A DNA stretch of 64,000 bases, from positions 2,326,485 to 2,390,484 of the forward strand of contig NC_134027.1 of the NCBI RefSeq assembly GCF_964204645.1, in the 5' to 3' direction. The first letter of the stretch is position 1. The number at the start of each line of letters is the position of its first letter. Made by a program: the position numbers and the translations under genes. The notes under the pieces are model-generated. The model had not been told where the DNA came from. It saw nothing but the letters and a program-made list of their open reading frames with translations, and searched no databases. The stretch is from Tubulanus polymorphus (taxonomy: Eukaryota; Animalia; Nemertea). Shown here one piece after another: positions 14,300-64,000 of this stretch.

Positions 14300-14525
14300 T
14301 AGGCCAAAAAAAAATTGATACCTTGTTTCTCTGCTCTGCTGAGCTTAAATGTTGACCCGGCCGGCCGCCTATCTACCCTATATATTACTTTTTTTAAAAT
14401 TGTGATCAATTTCACCATAACAGACCCGGCCGCTATAGAAATGAACTGTTTATAAATTTTATCATATTTTACAAAAATGACCCGGCCGCTGCGGAGAAAC
14501 AAGGTATCATTTTTCTTTAGCCTTA
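14300..14525. mobile_element. MITE family 2, copy 1
   Basis: TIR taggc..aaaa..gataccttgtttctc / gagaaacaaggtatc..agcct, with internal gacccggccg repeats. Second copy at 46547-46768. Confidence 0.7.
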
Positions 14526-14947
14526 GAGATGTATTTCTTAAGGGACACTGTACTTCATCGGTCTTAGTTAATAAAAGACAAACAGCTTATGTGTTAGAAT
14601 TGTATGTACATACATTTTGAGGTTTCCGAGTTTGTAGTTCTTTGTACTGTGTAGTTTATCAATTTTTTCAATTTTAATGACAATAAAAACATTATTTATG
14701 ATCGATTTGTTAGCTTTAAAGCTAGTTTTGGTCCTATTGTCTGGTGTTCTATCACCATGCTGTGGGATGCTTCAACTGTCGTTTTGCGGTCTATCGAAAT
14801 ATAGCACGATCGCATGAGTGACCAGGCCTCTGATTTTCGAGGAATCATGGTGATACCGATGAATTGATTCGAGGAATGTATTTCCAGGAACCGCTGGCGC
14901 ACTTTGACCCAGTTAGTAATCGGTCACATGGTCTATGACATTTCAAG

Positions 14948-47731
<32,784 letters not shown>

Positions 47732-50008
47732 GGATGATGAACTTAGGCTTTTAAATCTAAATATATGCAAGGTTGGTGGTATTCTCAACATATGTGATAA
47801 ACAGGAAATACATGTGCCAAGTTCGCAAAAAAAGAATAACTATCCAGAAGTGAAATGAATTGTTTTGCATGGCCGATCTCAAACAGATACACATTATATT
47901 CTTACCTCAGGCTACTGGTAGATCTAGTGGTCGCAGGTGACAGCTTGAACTACCTGCCCAGTTATAAAACGAACACAACCGAATGCAGATGCATATTATA
48001 TGAATGATATTGTAATATAATATATAATTATAATACAATGTATTATGAATAAACATCAGTGAAAATTTAAATATAACATGTAAATATTTAAGAAACTTCA
48101 GTAGTTAATTAATTTATCTCATAACTGTAAGTTTTCATAAGTAAAGAAATTGGTGGGGCCAACGTTATGTATCATTAATTTCTTTGATTTTCTCTGCTGA
48201 AACATGTATCATTCGCTCCATAATCACAGGTGAAAACTGCATCAAAAGTTCATGTGTCAATTGATTTAGAAAATCTGAAGTGAATTCATCATAAATGATG
48301 AGGCTGCTGCATGTCACTGACTCGCCAGTCAGTGACATTATCCTTACATGTTTTTTTTTTTCAACCATCGGTATATTCAGAATCTTTATTTGCAAATAAT
48401 TTGCGAAATTCACTTCTGATTTTTCTGCGACAGATAAAATCCTTCTTGCATTAAATGTACCTCATTATCCAGGTTTATATTATTTATTGTTTTAGTATGT
48501 ATGAATTTACTCATTGTATTATTGACTGTTTCCTCGGTGACAGTTTATATGTTGTAGTGTTTGTGGATGTCCATTATGTTAGTGAACATCAGGGTGCTAG
48601 TGGGTTAGAGTGAAACACTTGGTCATTCACTTGTTCTAGCAGTCTGTATGGTCTGTATTTGAGCTCGAGTCATATATCTTTAGTCTATGATGACATGATG
48701 ATGAGGTTTGACATCTGACTGTAGCAATAAAGTCATTCCTCAGGCGTTAACTATATAGTAATAAGCATATCAATACTGTATATTATATAAGTATGACTTG
48801 ATAAGGTCTTTCTTTCACAGTACGTTATTGGCTTAATAATACTTACACGGTATTTGAATTCACACTATACCAAGTAAACCTGATGTATATTTCTTCTCCT
48901 TGAATGGGCATTCATTCGCTGTGAAGTCAATAAAACTTATGCTAGCAGTCGAACATTGAACTACATTTCTAGTCTTGAGAATTATATTTGTTTTAGGCTT
49001 ACACCATATTCTATCTGAGTATGACAGTTTTATTAATCTCTAGTACTGTATAATTGACTGTAAACTGCTAAGAACTGTCTATTAAATGATTTACCACCAA
49101 AGATACTGTTGTTTTAGGTTGTACTTTCGTGGGACGGATTCAGTGTATATGTTGGCAATAAAGTGAATAATTACAACCTGAGTGGTGATGTGTCAATTAG
49201 CCAATGTAATAGGCTATGCCTTAATAGCCTAATGAATGGAACGATGTAGATATAACTGCTGGGAACTTAGTGATTTTAATCATCCATCATTTGTACATAG
49301 TAAAAGTGTATTGGAGTAACAGGATTTTGCCCAACACTCGGAGCCCATTGCACGCTATCCGACGAAATCAAAATCTGAAAATAATTGCATGCCCATGGAG
49401 CAAAAGTGCATTCAACAAAAGTGTGAATCTTTTTTGATAGTACTCGCCAGATAATACGACTGAGTTGAGAAATACACATTAAGAATGTAAACAGGTGTGT
49501 GCCGTGCTAACATAATAAAAGTTGCATTGTGATGTTGTTTCATAGTTATAGGATTTGTGTTTTTCTCTTGGCAAAGTGTATATATACTTGGCTGACCAGC
49601 TAAACGAAGACGTAAACCCTGCTTAATTGATATGAAAAATGAAAATGTTTGACAATGAATAAAAATTCAGTCGGCAACAAATAGCTAACTTTTTGAGTTG
49701 TGATGTCATTGTTAATAATGTAAAAAAATTCTGAATAAAGTTATTGAAGAGAAGAAATACATTATTTTTTGTCTTTCATTTATTTGGCAATAGGGAATAT
49801 GATTATTATTGTCCCAGCGAAGCCTTTCCACCGTGACGTGCAGTGAGCCTTGGCGATAACAGCTGATTGCCAAAAACAGCCCGCAAACAAACGGCACTGA
49901 CCATCATGTGCTGCCATCTACATCCGGCCACGTTCAATCCACCACATCGCGAAATACGTTTGACAGACAACTTTTTCTTTTATATATCCAGAGATAAGGC
50001 TAAGGAAA

Positions 50009-53000
50009 ATGGTAAGTTATCATTAGAATTGTAGATTTCAACGTTAAGATATATTTGAGATCGAATTTGAGTGATAAAGCGCTTAGAAACGGTGCTTAAA
50101 TTGTCTGAATTTGTCAAAAGTTTTACTTCCGGGTTTTACACCCCGACACAGTCAGTAGCCGCCTTTTTACACATACGTTGTAGTGATACAAAAACATCTC
50201 TTTTTCATCAAAAAAACATAACTACATCAACTGATTCAATCAAAATTTTAGGTTGATAATATCAGTTGGATTTGTCATATATCAATCTTAAAGACACTGA
50301 CTATTCAATTCAATGACAGATGTATCTCAACAAACTCCACGCAGTTCACCAGCAGTCCAGTGACAGCTGTCACTCTAAGAATCCCTACTAAAATTACCAC
50401 TAATCCTTCAAAAGAAATCATACAAAATACATATAATATTTCAACTTATTACAACTGTTATCTTTATAACGCTTAATCTCAATTTCTTCTTCTTGTTAAG
50501 ATTCTTTAATTTCCTATCCAGTCTGTACTCAATATTTCTGTCATCCTTATTACCGAGATGATGTATTTTACCGAGATGAAATTAAATATAACATATTTAT
50601 TTATGTCATTTTAACCATTGAAATCATATTATATCAGTAATAAATGCCTGCTGGGTTCATATTTTACATATTTTGTCGGATATTTTTGGAAAATTAACTT
50701 TTAACTTTACCGAGATGAGATCGTCGATCAATCAAATTCAATGAAATTTTATTGCTAACCGAGTTTACGTTTTTGAAGTCAAAATTTTTTTTAAATAAAA
50801 AAAATGTAAAATATGACTCTAGGAGGTATTTATTACTGATATAACATGATTTCAAGTGTTAAAATCGATAAGGAATAAATAAATATGTAATATTTAATTT
50901 CATCTCGGTAAAATACATCATCTCGGTAATAAGGATGACCCCAATATTTTCCCTCGTGTATGGTGCCTTTTAAGGCTTTGTACATATTTTCATGTACATG
51001 ACATTTTCTATGTGAATGATATTGTATTGTATTGTATAAACTCCACGTCTGTGTCACATATCAATCATTCATTTACGCATCCATCGTCGAAACCGTGATA
51101 TTTTTAGGAGAAGAAATTATCGAAATCCGGACCAAGTGATGAGAAACCACCGACGTTTCAAGATGGCCCATATGCGAATGTAATGTGAAGAATTTAGATT
51201 TTTAGTTCACTTTCAACTTTCGACGGGAGAATTTCTAAGATTTTTAGACTTTTTTTCATTCTTACTCTATTCCTGCGCGGGTTATTCGAGGTGGTACCTC
51301 CTTAAACATCATTCATTTCAGGAAATTCTGGAGCTGGGCAAATATATTCTACTTCATGCATCCTCTAAAAACCAGATAGCAACAGTATAAATTTCAAAAT
51401 AACCATCCTTCAACCAATATTTATCATGAAAATATTTTTTACTGTAGCCTTGTTTAAATTTTTCAATTTGAACAGGTGTCTGTGATAAACACTGTGGACA
51501 CAGCTCATGAGGATATGATTGTAAGTAGAAATAATTTATGAGAAATCTTAGCTCAAATACAAGAGATCAGTGCAGAATTTATAAATGGTTTTAGGTTAAT
51601 AACTAATGAAATTGAGAAGTATTGCAAAAATAGAGAGATAAATCACTTTCGGCGCGTTTATTTTTGTGGCGTATATTGTTTTATAGCATGATGCTCAAAT
51701 GGATTATTACGGAACGAAATTAGCCACATGTTCATCTGATCGATCGGTGAAGATATTCGATGTGAAAAACGGTCAACAAACGATGATAGCTGAACTCAGA
51801 GAGTGAGTATTGGTCATCGTCTTGATCTCGTGGATCGCACATTACTGGGAAATCGGGAAAACTTTTAAGATGATATGAATTCATTTAATACTTCATGTAG
51901 CACTTAACAAGAGCAACATCTTCCAGCAATATCTCTTGAAAGTCACCTTTCCAGAAGTCACCGTTCAATTGCTGACATCTTAGTAGTGTGAGGGTATCCG
52001 TTCAAAGAAGGCCCAATTTCCATTTAGGAAAATTGAAAAATCACCAATGAAATGCTTAGGACGATCGATGGAATGAATGTAACTGTGGAAACCATGTCAT
52101 CTGATTTTCAGTTGAATTAATATGATTGTTATTGTGTTTGTAGTCATGAAGGACCGGTATGGTGTCTCGGTTGGTCTCATCCGATGTTCGGTAGTTTGTT
52201 AGCTTCGTGCGGTTACGATCGTAAAGTCATTATTTGGAAAGAAACGAACGGCGTTTGGGGAAAACTACACGAATATAACAATCATGATTCATCGGTGAAT
52301 TCAGTTTGTTGGGCGCCACATGAATTCGGTTTAATGTTGGTTTGTGGTAGTTCTGATGGAGCTATATCAGTATTATCGACTACCGGTAAGTTTACAATCA
52401 TTCGCAGCGTCTATTCACAGATCAGGGAATTCCGGATTTACTTTTTTTACCTTGCACGACGGACTTCAGAATCCTTTCTTGAAAATCATGGATAAGTCTT
52501 TCGGTGTCTTGGTTGTTGTCCGAGGATATCTTATAGATGTAATCAGAGAATTATTCAAGGGTTAACTGAAAATCAGAGTAATATCAGGGAATTTTGGATT
52601 CCCTCGTCTGGAAGAAACCAGCTTTTACTTTTCGTGACATTTTAATTTCGTATTATGATGAAATGTGTTAGGAATTTCAGTAATAAGATTTTCTATGATT
52701 TATTTTCACAGGTGATGGTAATTGGGAAGATAAAAAGATAACTAACGCACACACGGTAAAACTAAAGCTCGATCGATCGTATTGATCTTACACAAGATTT
52801 CTGAATGTTCTGTTTTGATAAATGGGTGAATATTGATTTAGATCGGATGTAACTCTGTGAGCTGGGCTCCGGCTGTTCAACCGAACAGTCTGTTAGAATC
52901 ACCAGGAGGACAACGGCCACCGCTTGTAAAAAGATTTGTCTCTGGTGGATGCGATGATTTAGTCAAAATCTGGAAGTAAGTATGAAACTGTTTCGTTAAG

Positions 53001-53886
53001 ACACCAATGATGTGGTATGTCCCCGGGGTAGACACTTATCCCTCTATGCCACTTTCAACCAGGAGTAAATCGGTACCTGATTGCTGCCTCTGAGAGAACT
53101 AGCTCACATGTTGCTTCTTCACGGGTAGAGATGACTGATGCTCAGTTACACATATGCCCAGTAGGCTAGGGGTTATTTTATCAATATATGATATCAGAGT
53201 CACTAATTACAGTCATCGGATTTTGGGCATTTACTCTAAGAGTTATCATTACTGGTATTATAACGAGTGTATTACATGTATTACTTCATAATTGCATTTC
53301 ATTGATAGAGAGGAAGATGGAAATTGGGTGGAAGAACAAAAGTTAGAAGGACACAGTGATTGGGTGAGAGATGTGGCTTGGGCACCTTCTATTGGTCTTT
53401 CAAAACATATAATTGCTAGCTGCTCTCAGGTAAGAGTTACTCATCTAAACACAGGGTGGCCACTGACCTGGAAATCTCAATTTCAATATGACTCTAATTT
53501 GCGGTGTATAATTTCAGGATTGTCGAGTTATAATATGGACAAGTGATGGTACGTGTAATACGTGGTCATCCAAAATACTGCATAAGTTTAACGATGTTGT
53601 GTGGCACGTGAGCTGGTCAGTTACAGGCAATATATTAGCAGTGTCAGGTGGTGATAATAAGGTTCGTTCAACGTTATCTTTTAGATAACTGAAATACAGT
53701 TTGCTCCGAATATGGTTATCTAGGCTTCACGTGAATCAGACCTCATCACGTGTTTCATTTCCGTTTCTATTGTAGGTGAGCTTATGGAAGGAGACTTTAG
53801 AGGGCCAGTGGGTCTGCATAAGCGATGTGAATAAAGGTCAAGGTCAAGTGGTCGATGGTAGCCAACCTATAGAACAGGCGGCGTAG
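50009..53886 (+). CDS. SEC13: Protein SEC13 homolog (WD40; COPII, Nup107 complex, GATOR2)
   Basis: ATG|gtaag at 50009-50011, then exons 51476-51520, 51687-51802, 52144-52385, 52712-52755, 52842-52975, 53309-53429, 53518-53661, 53776-53886 (TAG). Motifs: [68 protein letters not shown]. Confidence 0.95.
50540..50939. mobile_element. MITE in SEC13 intron 1
   Basis: About 50-bp TIR gtcatccttattaccgagatgatgtattttaccgagatgaaattaaata and its reverse complement. Confidence 0.8.
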
Positions 53887-54668
53887 AAAATAATGATTAT
53901 AATAAACTATTCATTGAAACATTTCATTGTCATCAGTTTTAGTGTATGATTTTTGCTGCTGCGTTTGGAGATTTATTTCTTCAGTTGACGTTCTAAGATC
54001 TTCAATAGCATTCGATTCAAAATCTTATTGTTTTTCTTCGCTAAGAAAGAATACGTAGAAATTGATTTGAAACGTGGTGCAATGGTTGATAATATATTTT
54101 TTCCGAGGTGAAATGAAAATCAACGTATTGTTCAGAAAATAATGAAACCGCATCGCAAAACAAAACATACAGTTACGTCATATATATATTTTGTACATAC
54201 TTGTAAATTCTTGTAAATGAATGTTTGCAGATGTGGATCAATGAAACTCATTGCTTTAAGAGTTGATTTAACCCTGTTTGTAACATGTCTATGATTGAAT
54301 AAATGACCTCTCCTGTTCAATCTATAACTTGTTTTGTTGCTTCATTCATTTTTATGGGCTCGTCGCAATCGGAGGACAAGTCAAACAGAATTTTCTGTAG
54401 ACTGATTGCTGGTCTCTAACATCAGTAAATATGTTTAATGGGCTGAAGATCTTCGACAATGTGTTTTAATTTGCTGTAAATTCATTTCTGTGGCAAATTC
54501 TAGGTCCTCTACAACTCGTTAATAATCAGTATTCTTGAATTTTGATAAAAGGTAACTACCGTAAGTCATTTTCTTTTCAATCCACAAAATAAGACTGAAA
54601 TAATTTACTAATCATTTATATATTTTCTATTATCAAACTATATACATATGATTCAATAACAACAAACA

Positions 54669-59445
<4,777 letters not shown>

Positions 59446-60080
59446 TGTTCCACATCAGAAATAATCAGTTAATAATGAAGGTTTTATGTAATTCCATGAA
59501 TTTCCTGACATTTCATGGGCGCTGCCATTTGCAAAATTGCATTATGGTCCTGGAGAATCGAACTCTGGAATCAGTTGTTGCCGAGAAAAAGATTCAATAG
59601 ATATCCAATATCTATTGTTTCTAAAGTGCTTCGAATGTTCAAAATGTGTGTTTTTTTTCTTTTTTTCTGGTTTACCGTTTTTGATATTTTTGAGGATGAA
59701 TTGAATTGGTAATTGACGGATATGGCTTAATTTTAGTCCGGATCCGTATTTTTTACTCGAGCAGCTTTCCGACCAATCAGAAAAGCGCTTACAAGTTGTG
59801 GACGGTTTAATATTAATTCTCGATTGTTTTTAACGGTTTTTGGTAAGTTTAGACTCCAGTAAAGTATAGAAGTTTAAATACAGTGAATTCACATATCGAC
59901 TGTTTCAATATCTATAAGTTTAAATCGCTTTACGTCGAACCAGTGACGAATAATCGTCGTTTAATCGACACGTGGTCGCGTGTTCTGTTGTATGGTATAT
60001 TTGACCGCTAGATGGCGTATTGATCGCTGTTTTGGCACCCGAGATGTGCTATACATTACAATTCATTACTCGCCCGGCCC
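59446..60080. promoter_or_regulatory. SPG7 promoter, probably bidirectional
   Basis: CCAAT box (gaccaatcag, ~59771), plus-strand donor ttg|gtaagt near 59842, and a CpG-richer patch with cacgtg and agatggcg. Confidence 0.4.
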
Positions 60081-63000
60081 CCTCATTGATAATGACAGAA
60101 CTTGCTAATTTATAATTCTGCCAATATTTCCATTGTTATATGTATAATTTTTTCACCATGAAAATGTTTGATATCTCAAATGAACTCCACTGATATTGAT
60201 TGATTTGAGCGAATTGAAATAAAATATAGGAATAAGCTTATATTATTATATGTTAAAAAAGTACATGACAGGGTCAAGAGCCTGAATACGCACAGCCATT
60301 CCATAGAGGCTGAAGTGTATGGGCTGTGTATCGATCTAAAAAAAAACGATATTCAGAAACAACGCATGAATAAATTTATCTTGATTTAATAGAACCATGA
60401 CTGACTGTCACTATCAAATTTCACAAGCTTGATCCCCTTTCTTTGAATTTTAAAGTCTCTGTCAACTGCACACTTCTCTGCTCTGGAAATGTCACCTTTT
60501 GAACAAGAGTTTATATTTGAATCTGGGTTATCATAGGCCTATTTGGTTTGGTTTCTGGCCAATTTGTTGAATTTAATTAGAGCGAGGGAAAATGATCTTA
60601 ATCTTACTTAGACTGGATCTAAGTTAGCCTATCTGATTTAGGCTTTAGATGCAGAATATGGGTTGCCTGGTAATAAATCTTAGAGCGTACGTTGACCCTG
60701 AGTTTGGTTCTGCTTCATTTAAGATGCGAATAAGGAATATCAGTTAGTTGTATCGTGATTTGCACACGGTTCATGTTGTAAGCGTTCATGTTAGTGCATA
60801 TTTAATCTAACTCGAAAAAAACAGCGCACGAGAAATATGTGACCAACAAATTCTAAGAGTCTTTAGTATTTTCTTGTTAACTCGTGACAAAAAATGCAGC
60901 TGTCAAATTGAGAATATATTTCTTGATCGGTTGTTGATTTTGAGTGAACCGCAAAAACACATCTGCTGTCTAGGCTTATATTGTGCAGATTATTGTACCA
61001 TGTGTAGAATTGAGTAACAGCTGATTCTGAGGAGGCAAAATATCTGATCTCAGACTATGAGAGACTGGTAGCATCAGAAGTATTGATTTAACTTGCTCAA
61101 ACATTTGTTTGTTATACGTTGTTTTTGCATTAAACCGATTTCCCTGTAGTCTCTTCCTGTGTCGTTTCATGATTAACTTTTTACTATAAAATCTTTATTT
61201 AAACAATGTTCCTATTATTGTCCATTGTCCATTGTCAGGATGGATGTTTGATGGGTGTTGATGCTTTGTTCGATAGTTCTGATGATGCAATGATTTTCTG
61301 TTTGTAGGAATCGATTGAGTCCCCGTTAGACTCCTCAGTTATTAAACACAGGCCCTTATTGTGTTTATTGCCTGGTATAGGTGACCTATTCCAAATATTC
61401 ATTATTAAACCATGAGTTGGTTGTAATGAATGTACAGGTCATTATTGTGTACGTGGCTAGGCTTGTTTAACTAGAATTTTCCATTGCAATGATATTGGAT
61501 TTAGTTTTTAGATTTATGAATAGCAAGCGAACAGGAAAATGTACCGCGGTATCATTATATCCTAGTTGAAATGTTTACTGTTTTACTATGGAGAGATAAT
61601 CTTGATATGATGACCTCATTTTTGAACCAAACATTGTATTGTAGTAGTCTATGTGCCTGACTGAACTATTTATCGACCTCATCAAAATATTTCAAGTACC
61701 GATTTCTGTGTGTTCAGAGGACTGATGAGGGATGTTCCATGAGGGAAGTTTTGCTGCCTTGACCTATATTTTATCAAGAGCGCAAATAGTTTAGTTCAGA
61801 GCTTTTTATGCAAGAGCAGCTGAAGCTCGGAGGCTTTTATTTCTTATTTCATTGATCTCCTCTGTCCCTGTATATTATGCAGTGTAGTTTTTTCTGCTGC
61901 CTTTGGATGAAGATCCATTACTTTAGCTGTTGCCATGACTACAGAGAATATAAGGGCAGACTAGTGTATCTTCAATGATGTGTGATCCACACGTCAGTAC
62001 CAACCGACGGTTTGAGCAAGATTAAACATGGCTGCCAAGAATGTATTGAACCATTTTATGGGCACATAGATCTCCTCGTTCTAAATAACCACCTGTTTTA
62101 CATACATACACGCTCTTTCTAAGAATAAACTTTGTGATATCGATGATGATTATTTCATTGAAACGCTGAAATCTTCTGAAATAAATTCTGTCTGATGATG
62201 TCAATCTCCTGGCATGGTGCCATCCATTCGGGATTTTTTTCGTCACAAGATTGAGCGCTGTCTTGTACCGAATGGCTCACTCGCTCCCAGTATTTCAGTA
62301 GTGACATTGTCATTATTGTTAGAAGGTCGACGAGAGTTCGTAGAATTGAAAAACTAATCAATTTCTGTGCAGCCTCTTCGGATCAATGGCTGTAGACGCG
62401 GCAATAATGTCTATTAAAGTTCTATTGATTTCTGTCTCGTTGAATATCGTGTTCACCTCTATAAATTCCGTATTACGATACATTTTTCTGTGCATAGATT
62501 TTCTTCCATTGTTTAGTAGTAAATGTGATCGATTTCGGCGTTATTGATATTTTGTTGTACCAGGTAGCTTCACGCTGCCGATTCCTGCCCTTGTTCGAAT
62601 ATCCGACTTCTCTCCGGCTATGGTGGTGGTCACTGATCTAGAAAACCTGGAAAACTCTTGGGAATTTGAAAAATCAGGGGAAATTCAGGGAATTTGGAGG
62701 GTATGCTACTGACCAGATTGTAGGGCCTGATATTTTGAAATATCTGCATTCACTGGACAATTCATTCAGTTGACAATGTGGCCACATTGATATATGATTC
62801 GTTATAATTTCTATTTCAGATGTGATTGATATGAAATGCCTTGTCGGATTTATGTACTACTTTTTCTACATATGACGATGATTGAAATCACTGAATAATT
62901 AAGGATTAAAAATCAGACAGACAGTTCAATGTGACACTCAACTCTTCTCCTGTGGTAAGCAATGTCTAATGAACGGGGGGGGGGGGGGGGATTGGGGGAA

Positions 63001-64000
63001 TGTGTATGGGGTTTATCGGGCTATACAGCTGCACTAATAGTTCTCTTGTTACCATGACTACCTACACCAGTTGAAGCAGTGTGTAGTGGTTTTAAATGAA
63101 GGTACTCGGCTCAGTAATGATCAAAACCTGGTCCTTATTTTTGACTTGTTTTGTGTATCGCTTTTATTTTTGAAACGTGTGATATTCATAGGAAATATAA
63201 AGGTTATTTTGTTCAATACCCTTTACGTGGTAGGGAAATTTATGCGGCTCAAATATGCTGGAGATATTAGTAAAGTTCTCCATTGAGCTGGAACTTATCC
63301 TTGAAAAGACCGCTCTGCTGCAAAGCAAACTAAGGGTGTCTGCTGTATGTAGATGCCCTCAGGTGGATTTCCAACATTTTATATGAAGAAATCCGTGAGC
63401 AACAGAATGAAAGAAATTTTACCATGATTACGATTAAATCTCTGCATATCAATATTTTTCTGTTATTAAAAGAAATTTAAAAAAGCTCTTGAGTGAAGTG
63501 TTGTAAAGGTATCCTGTCCTGGATGCCCAGTATCTGAGGTGTATATCTTATTGTAAAAGATAAACAGATCTTTAGCGTTGGTATGTAATATATGTTTTTG
63601 AATATTGGTCGAATCTAAGTCAGACCTGGCTGGGGGCTGTGGTGGCATCGCTGTCGTGTCTGCTGCCCTCGTGATAACGACAAACTTCTGTTGTTGTCAA
63701 CTTGTTCTTATAACATCACAACAACGTCAGCCGCCGGAGAGAGTTCGATGCGAGCCGAGTCAATACACGTAGCCATGGCAACGCGGATGTAAATGTTTGG
63801 TGTAATTGAGAGCGAACCGTTGAGACAGAGAGAGAGATAGATGTTTTTCAATCCTCTCTGATTACACAATCAAATGACGACATTCTTGTTAAAAAATTAT
63901 CCACGAATAAAACCTGTTTATCCTTAAAAAATGAAATAGATGAATTGATGTATTAATATGAGATTTACTTTTTATCGTCAATCAAATTGAGGTTAAAAAA

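Overview
This is AT-rich, intron-rich animal DNA, probably from an invertebrate. It is not prokaryotic, and I found no CRISPR array, rRNA or credible tRNA. Six protein-coding genes can be rebuilt from GT-AG splice sites. In order they are STRIP1/FAM40 (5'-truncated, +), a BTB-BACK gene with nine C2H2 zinc fingers (-), SMKR1 (+, missed by the ORF track), AHCYL/IRBIT (+, ~33 kb), SEC13 (+) and SPG7/paraplegin (-). Probable non-coding 5' exons of a seventh transcript lie at the right edge. The most striking structure is the AHCYL/IRBIT 5' region: at least five, possibly six, candidate first exons spread over 26 kb. Each reaches the common SYTGSSSDEE exon in phase 1. Only the most distal route can include the 25-nt micro-exon encoding the IRBIT phospho-motif SSTDSYSS. 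The other first exons carry different basophilic kinase sites and candidate PP1 or calcineurin docking motifs. Introns are full of MITE-like foldback elements, some nested, plus two minisatellites. An element with two outward-facing Pol III B-box arms around a CCAAT core occurs twice. All calls were made by eye; no searches were run.
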